IMG/VR virus record: IMGVR_UViG_2571042445_000002
Direction: 5' to 3' (one strand)
Origin: a virus
Taxonomy: Duplodnaviria; Heunggongvirae; Uroviricota; Caudoviricetes
DNA: 64,000 nt
Under the pieces are notes generated by a model that was given only the letters and a program-made list of their open reading frames with translations, was not told the origin of the DNA and did not search any database. Both the position numbers and the translations under genes were made by a program. Below are positions 16,942-27,400 of the stretch, piece by piece (the stretch's first letter is position 1; every line of letters begins with the position of its first letter).

Positions 16942-18597
16942 ATGAATAAAATTGGTTTTTCTGTTGGTCAGGCGGCGGGCGTTGCGGTAGCGGACGTAAA
17001 TGCCGATGCTACCCTGTCCAACACATCTGGCGGTGCTTCCGTCTTTGCCGGGTTGGTTATTTCCCGCAGAGGGGCACCAGGCAAGGTTTTGCAGGTTACA
17101 GCAGCCAACTATCAGAGCGTGTTAGGTTCACCTCTTCACCCGCGCACCGGGGCCGCATTTGAACCATATCGCCACGTTGAACGCGCAGTAAAAGGCGGCA
17201 CCGGTTATGTGGTTCGCGTATGCGCAAAAGACATGAAAGTACCGGGCATTGCCGTTTCTGTTCAGGCCAGGTCGAAAAGCACCAAGTCAGCAAAAACTCT
17301 GCAAATTGCTCCGACCGAAGCAACGGTAAATATCGGCGATACACTGACCGTTCGTGCCGTTTCTGGAGCCACTTCTCCGGTAACTTTCGCTGCAAGCGAA
17401 ACACCTGAAATTTCCGGCAGTGAACTGGCTATTTTCTACATAAAGGACGGTGATGCTTCGACAAACCGCACGTTATCACTGACCCGTGAGGACGAAGAAA
17501 ATGACCTGTTCACTCTGGAACTGAAAGAGACACAGACCGATGGTTCTGTAGAAACTTTGGAAAGCTACCAGGTTTCTTTCGATCCGGATGCAACGAACGA
17601 TATGGGCCAGCCAGCATGGATTCCTGCGTTGTTAGAAAGTCAGTCCTCCAGGCTTGGAGCTGTACTGGCTGATGGTGCCGAAGACTCCGCTCACTTGCTG
17701 ACTTTCGAAGATGTAGCGTTTGAAGGCGGTACAGATGGCGATCTGTCCTCAATTGACGCTGATGATTATCTGAAAGCGTTAGAGGTTCTCGAAGCGTCAG
17801 AAGTTAATTATACCGCACTGCTTTCTATGGGCTGCTACGACGCATCCGTGCTGGCAAAAATTAATTCGCTGGCAGAAGACGTTCGCGTGGATATGTTCTA
17901 CGACCTGAAATGTGCTCAGACTGGTGATAACGCTATCGCGGAAGCTAAATCACATGGTTTCGGCAAATCCCACCAGGCTGCACGTTATCACTTCCCGTAC
18001 TCATGCCGTGACACTTTCAGCGGTATGAATGTGGTTTACGGAATCAGTTGTGATGCGTTCGTGGCAAAAGCGAAAGGCGTTGCGCTTGTGTCTGATGTAG
18101 GCGGCTGGCATTACGCCCCGGCTGGTCTGTCTCGCGCAATCATTGATCGCCAGAACATCACCAGACTCTCCGGAATTGGCACAATCGATCGTGAAGCGTA
18201 TGTGACCGCTCGTATTAACCCTGTAAGCGTTGCAGCGGATGGTTCTGTCTACATCGACGACTCCCTGACGACATACAGCAAAAATAACTATCTGCGATTC
18301 CAGCACGTTTCATCACTGATGAATGCAATTGCCCGCAATTTCTATGAAGTTGCTCAGGCAATCAAGCATGAACCTGATGGTGTAACGCAGGAAAGTCTGA
18401 CTAACGCACTGACAGATATTCTGGACCGTTTTTATGCGGCTGGTGCGCTGGTTACACCACGCGATGAATCTCAAGGTTCTGACCCTTATGTGGTCAAGGT
18501 AACTCAAAAAGACATCGACTTGTGGGAAGTGGAATGGTCCGTGTGCCCAACAGGCACTGCCCGTCGAATCCTCGGCAAACCAATCCTGATGCGTTGA
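16942..18597 (+). CDS. tail sheath protein (contractile tail) with inserted Ig-like domain
   Basis: 551 aa; internal Big_2-like segment (TLQIAPTEATVNIGDTLTVRAVSGATSPVTFAAS); C-terminal region typical of sheath proteins by general pattern. Confidence 0.5.
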   Translation: MNKIGFSVGQAAGVAVADVNADATLSNTSGGASVFAGLVISRRGAPGKVLQVTAANYQSVLGSPLHPRTGAAFEPYRHVERAVKGGTGYVVRVCAKDMKVPGIAVSVQARSKSTKSAKTLQIAPTEATVNIGDTLTVRAVSGATSPVTFAASETPEISGSELAIFYIKDGDASTNRTLSLTREDEENDLFTLELKETQTDGSVETLESYQVSFDPDATNDMGQPAWIPALLESQSSRLGAVLADGAEDSAHLLTFEDVAFEGGTDGDLSSIDADDYLKALEVLEASEVNYTALLSMGCYDASVLAKINSLAEDVRVDMFYDLKCAQTGDNAIAEAKSHGFGKSHQAARYHFPYSCRDTFSGMNVVYGISCDAFVAKAKGVALVSDVGGWHYAPAGLSRAIIDRQNITRLSGIGTIDREAYVTARINPVSVAADGSVYIDDSLTTYSKNNYLRFQHVSSLMNAIARNFYEVAQAIKHEPDGVTQESLTNALTDILDRFYAAGALVTPRDESQGSDPYVVKVTQKDIDLWEVEWSVCPTGTARRILGKPILMR

Positions 18598-18640
18598 TTT
18601 ATCTTCCCCGCTGAAACGCGGGGATGAATGAGGTTTCCTA

Positions 18641-19387
18641 ATGAAAAACTATTCTGTTGTTGATCCATTCATGCGCGCGCTATTTGCAGGCAAAACAGCC
18701 GATAACGCAGATACAGCCATACTGGAAAGCGCCAAAGATTCTGGTTGTTTTGAAAGTGGCGATAACGCCATCCTGGAAAGTGCCAAGAATGGAACCGATG
18801 GCGCGGATATCGAAGCCGCAATGATGGAAGCGGTGGAATCCCGTGCACAAAGTGACATCCGCAGTCTGGCAGCTTCAATGCTGGCGAGCTGGGTAGAAGA
18901 TGGCGACCCTGAAGCGGATTCATTTGATGCGCTGGCAATCACAATAGCTGGCCTGGCCGACATTGACGAAGACACAGAACTGACCGACGAACAGGTTGAC
19001 GCATATAACGACGCACTCGCGGCGTTGGCTAACGCGGCTGTGGCCCTGGGCGCTGATCAGGACGACGTCACCGAGATGATCGATGACGAAGATGACGCGG
19101 CAGCAGAACGCGTATTTGACGCACTGTCAGAAAGCGATAGCGAAATGATGGAAGAAGCCATTGCGATTTACACCGTTGCTGGTGGCAATGCCGCAATGCT
19201 CGAAGCTGTCAGCAAAAAAGTCGTTCGTGATGGCAAGGTTACTATCATCCGCAAACGCCCGCGCCCGCGTCGCATGACGTCCTTACAAAAGCAGGCGCTG
19301 AAAAAAGCTCGCCTTAAGGCGCATACGTCGATAGCTAACACTCGCCGCCGCAAGTCTATCCGCATTCGCAAAAAACGCGGTCTGTAA
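18641..19387 (+). CDS. hypothetical acidic protein with basic C-terminal tail
   Basis: 248 aa; D/E-rich body, C-terminus RKRPRPRR...RRRKSIRIRKKRGL. Confidence 0.4.
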   Translation: MKNYSVVDPFMRALFAGKTADNADTAILESAKDSGCFESGDNAILESAKNGTDGADIEAAMMEAVESRAQSDIRSLAASMLASWVEDGDPEADSFDALAITIAGLADIDEDTELTDEQVDAYNDALAALANAAVALGADQDDVTEMIDDEDDAAAERVFDALSESDSEMMEEAIAIYTVAGGNAAMLEAVSKKVVRDGKVTIIRKRPRPRRMTSLQKQALKKARLKAHTSIANTRRRKSIRIRKKRGL

Positions 19388-19405
19388 TGATGTAAGCCAC
19401 CTGTA

Positions 19406-20023
19406 ATGGTGGCCTGTTTGGGAGAAATAGCAGTGATTTGCGGCGCTAACGTTGCGGACGGAATCAGTCCGCTAATGAAAGCATACATCATATCAAGCGA
19501 GGATATGGTCATCGGATATATCGGCGAAGGTTCCTCTGCCGAATTAACGTCTCTGTGGCAGTCGCCATTTGAAGATAAAGCGATGGGCAGCATGTTAGGC
19601 GCTATTAGCGAGGCGGCATCATCTCTTGCAGGCATCGTGCAGACATCATCAGGGTACACGAGTAAAAGCCGGTTCAACTCCACCCTCGTGTGGGAAGGGC
19701 AACAACCGCCGGAATTTACCCTTGTACTGGATTTTTTAGCGATGTCCAACGCCAAAACGGAAGTGAATGACGCCATCACGACGTTGCTGAAAATGGCATC
19801 GCCAGAACTAAACGACATTACGCCTTTTGGTCGAGTCCCGGAGGCCGTAACGATAAATATCGGCAGGAACGTGATGTTAACGAACGTTGTGATCAAAAGC
19901 GTCAGCTATCAGCTTGACGCCCCGCGCACATCGGAAGGCTATTTCACCCACAACACGGTCACTCTGCAATGCAGTGGTAACACATCTATTAACCGCAGCA
20001 ATATCTCATCTGTTTTTGTTTAG
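19406..20023 (+). CDS. hypothetical protein (start uncertain, candidates 19406/19432/19474)
   Basis: 205-aa ORF in structural gene block. Confidence 0.4.
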   Translation: MVACLGEIAVICGANVADGISPLMKAYIISSEDMVIGYIGEGSSAELTSLWQSPFEDKAMGSMLGAISEAASSLAGIVQTSSGYTSKSRFNSTLVWEGQQPPEFTLVLDFLAMSNAKTEVNDAITTLLKMASPELNDITPFGRVPEAVTINIGRNVMLTNVVIKSVSYQLDAPRTSEGYFTHNTVTLQCSGNTSINRSNISSVFV

Positions 20024-20031
20024 GAGTAATT

Positions 20032-20523
20032 ATGGCCGGTTTTTCAAACACAAAAGCCGATCTCGCCTTCCTGAAAGCCAGATTCAACAAGAACCTGGCA
20101 GCAGGCGAAAAATTAATTGGCACTGAATATTGGATGACCATTAAGGGATACGAAAATCTGTCAGTGCTGATCCGCACCGCGCAGTTACCGGAAATGACGC
20201 GTGAAGACGTAGAAGATTACGCTCCAGGCGGTATGAAGTTCAACCAACACGGCCCGCTGCGTAACTCAGGTGAATTTCAGGTTACCTGTGCGGAGACGAT
20301 TGAAGGTGTTGTACTCGCTGCCGTCAAAGAGATGGTTTATCAGAAGAAATATCTGGATATCTCTTTCCAGGCTGCCGCTGAATCTAACAGCGGTGACAGC
20401 AAAGGTCTGTCACGTACTTACTCACACTGCAAAGTGTATTCCGATGCCGTTGATTTCTCATCAGAAGATGTAACGGCGGTTGTCAGACCGACCCTGCGTA
20501 TTGTGTACAACTGGGTTGAGTAA
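20032..20523 (+). CDS. hypothetical protein, possibly tail tube
   Basis: 163 aa, size and position downstream of sheath; SD GGAG upstream. Confidence 0.4.
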   Translation: MAGFSNTKADLAFLKARFNKNLAAGEKLIGTEYWMTIKGYENLSVLIRTAQLPEMTREDVEDYAPGGMKFNQHGPLRNSGEFQVTCAETIEGVVLAAVKEMVYQKKYLDISFQAAAESNSGDSKGLSRTYSHCKVYSDAVDFSSEDVTAVVRPTLRIVYNWVE

Positions 20524-20574
20524 TACCGATCCCGCTCAAAAGAGCGGGATTATCCCCCTCCGTCCGGAGTATTT

Positions 20575-21126
20575 ATGACACCTTCTGAACTATTAGAAAG
20601 CGTTAAAGCGCGATTCAATCCTCTTCTTGTACGGGAAGAGGAAACACTGAAAGCATTCCTGCTCAAAGCGTTGACTACTTACCAGGACAGGGCAGGCGTA
20701 GTTAAGGCGTTAAAGCTGGAGAAATCAGACGGCACGGCGATCCCTGTTCCGGATGATTATCTGTCTCTGGTCCACGTCACTGACCACAACGGGCTTCTGG
20801 TTTACGCCGACGAGATTGCCGGTTTTGTCGAACTTGAGCTTACCGGTTCTGAACGCTGGCCTTTCAAGATGCAATACCTTGTAAATCTCCGCGATCGCAA
20901 CCTGGATGAGTGGCAAGTGCCACCTGCGATTATCGGAATGCTTGAGGAATATCTTGAAGCACTTATCAATGTCCGCAACGTTGCCCGCCAGCGAAGGGCG
21001 TCAATTGATGGCAAGTTTGATTACTCCGATCTTCCTGATGAGGCGACGCTCTACGCGCGTGTTCAGGAGATAGAAGAAAAAATGGCAGCCAACCGGGCCA
21101 TTATCCCTGGTGCTACCATTTTTTAA
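20575..21126 (+). CDS. hypothetical protein
   Basis: 183-aa ORF. Confidence 0.4.
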   Translation: MTPSELLESVKARFNPLLVREEETLKAFLLKALTTYQDRAGVVKALKLEKSDGTAIPVPDDYLSLVHVTDHNGLLVYADEIAGFVELELTGSERWPFKMQYLVNLRDRNLDEWQVPPAIIGMLEEYLEALINVRNVARQRRASIDGKFDYSDLPDEATLYARVQEIEEKMAANRAIIPGATIF

Positions 21127-21139
21127 CACGGAGGGCTAC

Positions 21140-21847
21140 GTGAGTATTTTTAGTGCTACAACGCAAACGCTAGCCAGTGCGGTATCGTTTAGCGCGAAAT
21201 CGTTCACCAGCAACCTTATCAGCGACATTCTGGATAGAGCGGTGTCTGGCAGTGGCGTTAGTGGGAGCTACGGCAATGACATCGCTTACGGAAAGAACGT
21301 AGTTGCTACGGCTATGCGTATCCGCTATGCCCAGGGCTGGCAGTGGACGGTAGACGTAGACGGATTAAGCGGCTTTGATATGTTCGTTAAGGACATCACT
21401 TACAGTAGCGGGAATATTGAAACAGAAAGCAAAATCATTGGTAGCGTCGAGTTCAATAAGCCAACGCACGTAACCGCCGGGCCGGTAACAATGACGGTCA
21501 GAGACACAGAAGACGGCAAAATAATGAATTGGTTCAAAGAGCGCCGCGCTCGTGTAACCAATAGCGATGGTACGCTAAACCTGCCGCCAGATTATCTCAT
21601 GAATATCAGGCTATACCGCGTTACACAGGAAGGCGGGAAAGAGCTGGAAGAGGAAATGCGTGTATTTCCGACTCAGATAGGAGAGATCAGCCGCTCACGT
21701 GATCAGGTGTCCGAATTCTTGTCCTATCCGATCACGTTCCAGCGATACACATCTGCCGGTTCCGGCCTGTCCGCATTAGTCAATGGAGCTGCTGGTTTAG
21801 CAACAAGCGCACTTAAAAGCGCCGCCAGCAACGTGATCAAGTTTTGA
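21140..21847 (+). CDS. hypothetical protein
   Basis: GTG start 21140 with GGAGGG 5 nt upstream; 235 aa. Confidence 0.4.
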   Translation: MSIFSATTQTLASAVSFSAKSFTSNLISDILDRAVSGSGVSGSYGNDIAYGKNVVATAMRIRYAQGWQWTVDVDGLSGFDMFVKDITYSSGNIETESKIIGSVEFNKPTHVTAGPVTMTVRDTEDGKIMNWFKERRARVTNSDGTLNLPPDYLMNIRLYRVTQEGGKELEEEMRVFPTQIGEISRSRDQVSEFLSYPITFQRYTSAGSGLSALVNGAAGLATSALKSAASNVIKF

Positions 21848-21890
21848 AATGCAATATTAAAGTGCGAGAAGGAGAGGAAAGGACAAGCTT

Positions 21891-22081
21891 GAGGGCAATT
21901 TTTACACCAGCTATTTACACCAGTGATGGCATTTTTTACACATTCCTTATTAATCAATAAATTACTAATAATGTTAGCCGTTAAAGATCCAACCAACTCA
22001 CTAATGGTGTAAGAATTGCCCTCAATCTCTCATCTTTAAGGGCCAATCCTACACCTACAGAGAGGTGTAGAAATTGCCCTT
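21891..22081. repeat. AGGGCAAT(Y)2-3TACACC repeat family in both orientations, including a 44-bp imperfect palindrome at 22038-22081
   Basis: Copies at 21891-21908 (+), 22006-22025 (-), 22038-22055 (+), 22064-22080 (-); last two separated by 8-bp spacer. Confidence 0.5.
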
Positions 22082-22098
22082 AAGACTGCTGATGGAGA

Positions 22099-22330
22099 AA
22101 TGTTGACTATAGGCGAAATGGCTTACAACTAATGTTGACTGTACTCGATCCCGATCACAAAACATTGACTACACGCGACAAGAAATGAGAAAAGATTGAC
22201 TATAAGCGACAAATACTCAATGAAATAGCTGGTTTATCCATTGATCATGTGAAAAAGCTAATAACTAAATCCGCCAGCGTCAATGTTTGTCGCGTATAGT
22301 CAACGCTTAGAATCGCACACAGTCAATGTT
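22099..22330. repeat. incA-like iteron cluster downstream of repA (iterons in both orientations)
   Basis: TTGACTATAGGCG 22103, TTGACTGTACTCG 22135, TTGACTACACGCG 22166, TTGACTATAAGCG 22196; inverted CGCGTATAGTCAACG 22291, CGCACACAGTCAATG 22315. Confidence 0.55.
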
Positions 22331-23213
22331 ATGGATTTCGTTTATGGATCTGGAAACCTATTTTCCGACCATTCTTTATCTCTGAAAATTTAAGATATTC
22401 AACAGCTTCTAAGTCTTTCATGGCTTTACGAATCACACTGTTCTGAACGCTAACCGAGGACTTGAGGTTCAATCTGGCGCGAAGGCGCTCAATACTCACT
22501 GGCGCAGGGTTTGAAGGTAACGCTTCGAAAAACGTATAAAGCACCTTGGCTGTCTCTTTCCTGCCAAGTTTATCGAGCATTTTGAGCTTCAATATTCGCT
22601 TATAGTCAACGTAGTACAACTCAGACAACTGCTTCTGCGGTTGGATTCTTATAATGTCATTTTCAGTATCAAGTTCACTAAATGCCAATAAATTCATCTG
22701 GATATAACGAACATGTTCTTTGCTGGTGGGCAAGTTGAACTTCAGCAACGTCTGCTGAATACGCGTTAGAGAGTCGCCAATGCTCTTGCGAAAAGCCTTG
22801 GACAGCCGCTTCCTTGGATAACCGCAACGATCCACAAATTCAGAGAATGTTAGGGTGATCACACCATCATTGTCTGGTTTATAGTCAAACAATGCAGATG
22901 TAATGCCTATCCAAACCTTAAAATCAGTATCCATATCCAGGCGTGGCCCATGAATCTCAATACCCTGATACCCTTCCTGCTCTACAATCTTCAGGCTGGA
23001 CAGTTCTTCTGTCGCATCAGTTGAGTTAGTTAAACCGGCGTTCTTGCGACGTAAAGCAACACTGGTAGATTTCAATGTGGGAACAAACACCCCAAGCCGC
23101 AACAAAGCTATCGGCTGAATAGTGCTATTATTGTTAGGCTTTAAGCTGTGGATTTCTCCGGTATTCCCTGATATTTCCTCAACGTTCAGAAAGCCTTTTT
23201 TGTCATCTACCAT
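22329..23213 (-). CDS. repA: plasmid replication initiator RepA (P1 RepA-like)
   Basis: TIQPIALLRLGVFVP, HGPRLDMDTDFKVWIGI and C-terminal RLRARLNLKSSVSVQNSVIRKAMKDLEAVEYL parallel P1 RepA as recalled; flanked by iterons. Confidence 0.8.
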   Translation of the reverse strand: MVDDKKGFLNVEEISGNTGEIHSLKPNNNSTIQPIALLRLGVFVPTLKSTSVALRRKNAGLTNSTDATEELSSLKIVEQEGYQGIEIHGPRLDMDTDFKVWIGITSALFDYKPDNDGVITLTFSEFVDRCGYPRKRLSKAFRKSIGDSLTRIQQTLLKFNLPTSKEHVRYIQMNLLAFSELDTENDIIRIQPQKQLSELYYVDYKRILKLKMLDKLGRKETAKVLYTFFEALPSNPAPVSIERLRARLNLKSSVSVQNSVIRKAMKDLEAVEYLKFSEIKNGRKIGFQIHKRNP

Positions 23214-23261
23214 CCTGTTATTTCCTTGATTGACGGGGCTTTATAGCCAAATGAAAGATAC

Positions 23262-23505
23262 TTATCCACAGCCGTCTGAGGGCTGAGAGAATTATCGCAT
23301 ACAGTCAATGTTTATATCGCATATAGTCAACATTAAATCGCACATAGTCAACATTAAATCGCACATAGTCAACATTAAATCGCACATAGTCAATGTTGAT
23401 CGCCATTTAGGCCAGTGATGGCGCGGCTCGCAGCGATCCGGGATCTTCTTTGGATCTTACTGGTTCTCTTTGGGATCTATTTATTGGATCTACCCTGTGG
23501 ATAAA
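23262..23505. other. oriR-like plasmid origin: DnaA boxes, five 21-bp direct iterons, cluster of six GATC sites
   Basis: TTATCCACA 23262-23270; iterons TCGCAYAYAGTCAAYRTT at 23295, 23317, 23338, 23359, 23380; GATC at 23398, 23435, 23442, 23452, 23473, 23487; TGTGGATAA 23496-23504. Confidence 0.6.
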
Positions 23506-23575
23506 TAGGTTAAAGTCAAAATCACACACTCCCTATCCTCCAGCCAAACGAGTACCGACTTTTCTGGAGGAATCC

Positions 23576-24400
23576 TTGAACATTCCCAAATTCCCATTAC
23601 CTTCACAGCCTGAAATAGAAATTCAGTTTCATGCACCTACTGTGAAAGATGCCCTGAAATATTCAGACATCAATCCGGCAGAAGATGAGGCAACCACAAC
23701 AGAATACCTCAACGCCATGCAAGACGGCGAAATTAACGACAGCTCAAACTGGACAGTTCAGGATCGCAGAACCGCGCTTTGGTGGATCTTTGTCAATTCC
23801 AGACCAGATGCCGTAATGACTTACTCATACGAGTGTGGTCACTGTGGAAACGTTCATCACGCAGATATTAACCTTTCAGACCTTGCCGAAACGGTAGAAA
23901 TCCTGACTGTCCCGCCGTTTATTAAAACTATGGTCCCTATAAACGGAGTACCAACCGAGTGGACGCTTAAACCACTAACAGGGAAAGGAGCTGAATTGCT
24001 TGAGCGTATGCGCGCCACTTTGCCTGATATGAAAACTCCAGAGTACAGTGCTGAGGTTGCTCGTCTCCGCATAGCTGAGTTGGCCTTGTGTACATCTCTG
24101 AACGACGATCCAGAAGACTTCACACAAGCTGCAAACAGACGATTCGATATCATTGAAAACATGGCTCTGGAAACCGAGTTTACCCCTCTGGTAGCTCGCA
24201 TTCAGCTCATGCAGAAAGACCTTCGCCACGGCTTAAAAATGGCTATTGAACGAGGCACAAGCCGCCTGATCCTACCGCCACAACGCTGCAAAAACGCTAA
24301 GGAGGGTGCAGACGTGACTACCACGCTGTACGCCCCATTTCTCAATAGAGAGTTTATCCCATCAATTAGATCTGAATGGATGGCTAACCATTATCAATAA
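23576..24400 (+). CDS. hypothetical protein with CxxC zinc-ribbon-like motif (start uncertain; TTG 23576 has GGAGGA SD)
   Basis: Track ORF 23450 begins inside the origin; first start with SD is TTG 23576; motif YECGHCGN. Confidence 0.35.
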   Translation: MNIPKFPLPSQPEIEIQFHAPTVKDALKYSDINPAEDEATTTEYLNAMQDGEINDSSNWTVQDRRTALWWIFVNSRPDAVMTYSYECGHCGNVHHADINLSDLAETVEILTVPPFIKTMVPINGVPTEWTLKPLTGKGAELLERMRATLPDMKTPEYSAEVARLRIAELALCTSLNDDPEDFTQAANRRFDIIENMALETEFTPLVARIQLMQKDLRHGLKMAIERGTSRLILPPQRCKNAKEGADVTTTLYAPFLNREFIPSIRSEWMANHYQ

Positions 24401-24451
24401 CCTGACGTTATACGGCTACCAGCCAGTTAGTGACGTTGAACAATTACCGCA

Positions 24452-27400
24452 GTGGCGGGCACTCCATATGGAAAAAGCACTGGAAGAGAAATACAAAGCC
24501 CACGCCAAAAAAACAGGGTGATCACCGCCGATGTAAGTGAGGTTATTTTGAACGATAAAAAAGACCGAATAGCGATAATCGACGCAATACAAACGGCAAA
24601 CGCGAAAGAGCTAGCTGCGCTTTCAGAAATAAAAAAAGCACTTGAGTCTTACGGACGCAATCCTGATACCAGCGACGCACCACAAGGACGCGTAAGTCGT
24701 CGCCTGGCCCGAACAGGGAAAGCAGGGGCGCAACGCAACAGTTTCACACAGGGGCCGTATAAAGACCGGCTCCCTACCAGGAAACAGAGATTACGTATAA
24801 ACAACACTAGCGAGATAGATAATCCGCAAAAAGCAGCAGCAGATCACCGCACCGCTCATTCGGAATCAAAAACAGCACCGCTGGCTGAAGGCAAAGCCAC
24901 GAAGTCATCGCCTGAGCGCATTCAGTTGCTCACTCCTGACATTCAGCCTGCAAGGCAAGAACAACCAGTTAGAGAAAGCCAGAGCACCTCTGGTGCACCG
25001 TTACGGGATAGCAACGGACGATTTGCCTCTCAGAAAAAAAACGAGGATCTCGCACGCCAGAATGAGCTACGCGCACAGGCAAAACTACAGGTTGGGTTCC
25101 TGCGAAAACTCGGTTCCATTATGGGGGTTGATGGTTCAGGGAAAGCCGACGATGGAGCTGTAACCGATGCTGCCGGGGTAGGGGCTGGTGGTCCACTATG
25201 GATGGCAGCACGGGGCGTATTTGATATCTGCCGCGAGATTACTGGTAAGGCTAAATCATTGAAAGAATGGATAGATAATGGCAACGACAAGGCGGCTGGC
25301 GCACCGGTGGTCGCAAAAGCCCCCGCCATTACTTACCCGGCACCTGACAATGAAAGGAAGACTCCAGATAACGCGCCCGGTTCAGCAAAGGCATTTACTG
25401 AAGCCGTTAAAGAAAAATCTGTGCGTGCGATCGAAGAACAAACGAAAGTTCTTCAACGCAACGACAGCCAGATAATTGATGAGCTGGAAACTGTATCCGA
25501 AGAGATCCGGAAGCTACGAAAGTCCCAGGAGAGTGGGCTAAAACTGAGCGACCTCCTCGGCGGTGGCAGATTACGTACCAAAATATCCCCTACACGCGGT
25601 CGTAGCAGTGCACGTGGTGGCAACACGGGCCGCACTGGAGACAGTAAAGAAAACAAGGGCAAGAAGGGAAAAAACACCAGCAAACCTACTGAGACGGGCA
25701 GGAGTCAGGAAGGCAAAGAGGGGAAAAAAAATCAGCCAGGCAAAAACAACAGTGCGGGCGAGGAAAAAAATCGGACAAAAAATGCTGGTGGGAACGAGGG
25801 TAGTACCTCACCAAAATCATCGGGTGATAAATCTTCAGTTAAAACCAGAGCAGGTAAGGTCACTGAAGAAAGCGTAGCCAAAACGGCGGCTGGTGGAGCG
25901 GCAGGGAAAGACGCTGGTAAAGCGGCAACTTCCGCTGGGGAAAGCCTTACCAGGAAAGAGGCGGGTAAGGTTGCCGTTGCCACTGGTGAAAACATCGCGA
26001 AAAAAGAAGCTGGAAAAGTGGCTCTCAAAGCTGCCGGAGGTGTTGCCGCAAGGGCCGGATTCAGGGCGATTCCAGTCATCGGCCAGGTGGCTATGGTTGG
26101 TTATGATGCCGTAGACGGCTACAGCGACACAGAAGCGCAGAGGGCGACTTATAACCTGAAGGAAGGGCAGGACGTTACAACACAGCAAAAGAGCGCCTAC
26201 GCCGCTGCTAACGTCCTGGATATGGGCGGTCTGGTGACGGGAGCGGCTAACCTCATTGGCGAGGGGATGTCCGCGCTAGGCTTTGAAGGTGTCGGACAAA
26301 AACTTCAGAGTCTTGATACCAGCAATATTGCTCGCGGCATAAATAGTTCTATCGACGCGTCGAAGAACGCATTCAGCAGCCTAAAAGAATCGTTCTCATC
26401 AAGCAGCGAAGGCACTGCGCAGGTTAAGAAAGCCGTTGAAGATGGCACCAAGCAAACGGTAGCCGCAATTAATGATCTGGCCCGACAGCTACAGGGCGGG
26501 CGCAGAGGTGAGGATGGCGTGGGTGAACACGGCTACAAATCGCCAGACGAATTTAAAGCGCCTGAAAAAAATACAATAACGACTGATCTGAATATAGGCG
26601 GAAGCAACGCCAAGAACAGGAATTACCGGAATAACAACCTGGGGAACCTAGTTTTTGCAAATCAGGAGGGGGCGGTACTGGAAGCGCCGAACGCGAAAGG
26701 CGAACAGCGTTTTGCGCGGTTTAATACGCCCGAAGAAGGGATTCGGGCATTGGCAAACCAGGTATCGAGTTATTACAACGGTACAAGTGCTGCCGCTGGG
26801 TATCAGAAGCTGCAAACAGTATCCAGCATCATTTCAAAATGGGCACCACCAACAGAGAACAACACCAATCAGTACATTGAAAACGTCAGCAAATATCTAG
26901 GGGTATCCCCCAACGATAAAATAGACGTTAGCAACCCTGAAGTTATGACGCACCTTGTTCGCGCTATTGCGACGAAGGAGGGGGGTAACCCGGCGGTTAA
27001 CAACAATTTCATCAAAACAGCTCTTGGTTCATTCAACGCTAAAACTGGGCGTTGGGAAGGGCAATTCAATGATGAAACGCTGGAACACATTAATAAAATC
27101 CAGAAGGAAAAGGGCGGTCCTCTAATCGCTCGCAACTCCCAATATAGTGTCGGTAGCAAAGTCAAATACGCCAACGGCTCATCTTCTGCTATTCCTGCGT
27201 CAAGCGTAGCCCAGGCTGTAATGCCTAGCCCTACTGACGTGGTTCAACACGCACAGGCAGCTAAAAAACCGAAGGCAGCTCAACAGGAAAATGCCCAAGC
27301 GATCAGCCACGCGAAAGCTAGTGGCAATTCTTCCGCCGCAGCCGGATTGACGGAGCGGTTAATGAGTGCAGACGGTGTTGGGGGCGTCATCGCCGGGATA

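Noticed and set aside
23295-23397. Regularly spaced 18-bp repeats that could be mistaken for a CRISPR array
   Set aside because: Repeats are separated by only 3-4 bp with no unique spacers, are accompanied by DnaA boxes and a GATC cluster, and flank a RepA gene; they are replicon iterons.
24468-24521. 17-codon upstream ORF ending in an A7 run overlapping the tape-measure 5' region, considered as a chaperone-type frameshift site
   Set aside because: The A-run is not in X XXY YYZ register for the small ORF, the ORF is far shorter than any tail assembly chaperone, and the tube gene is not adjacent.
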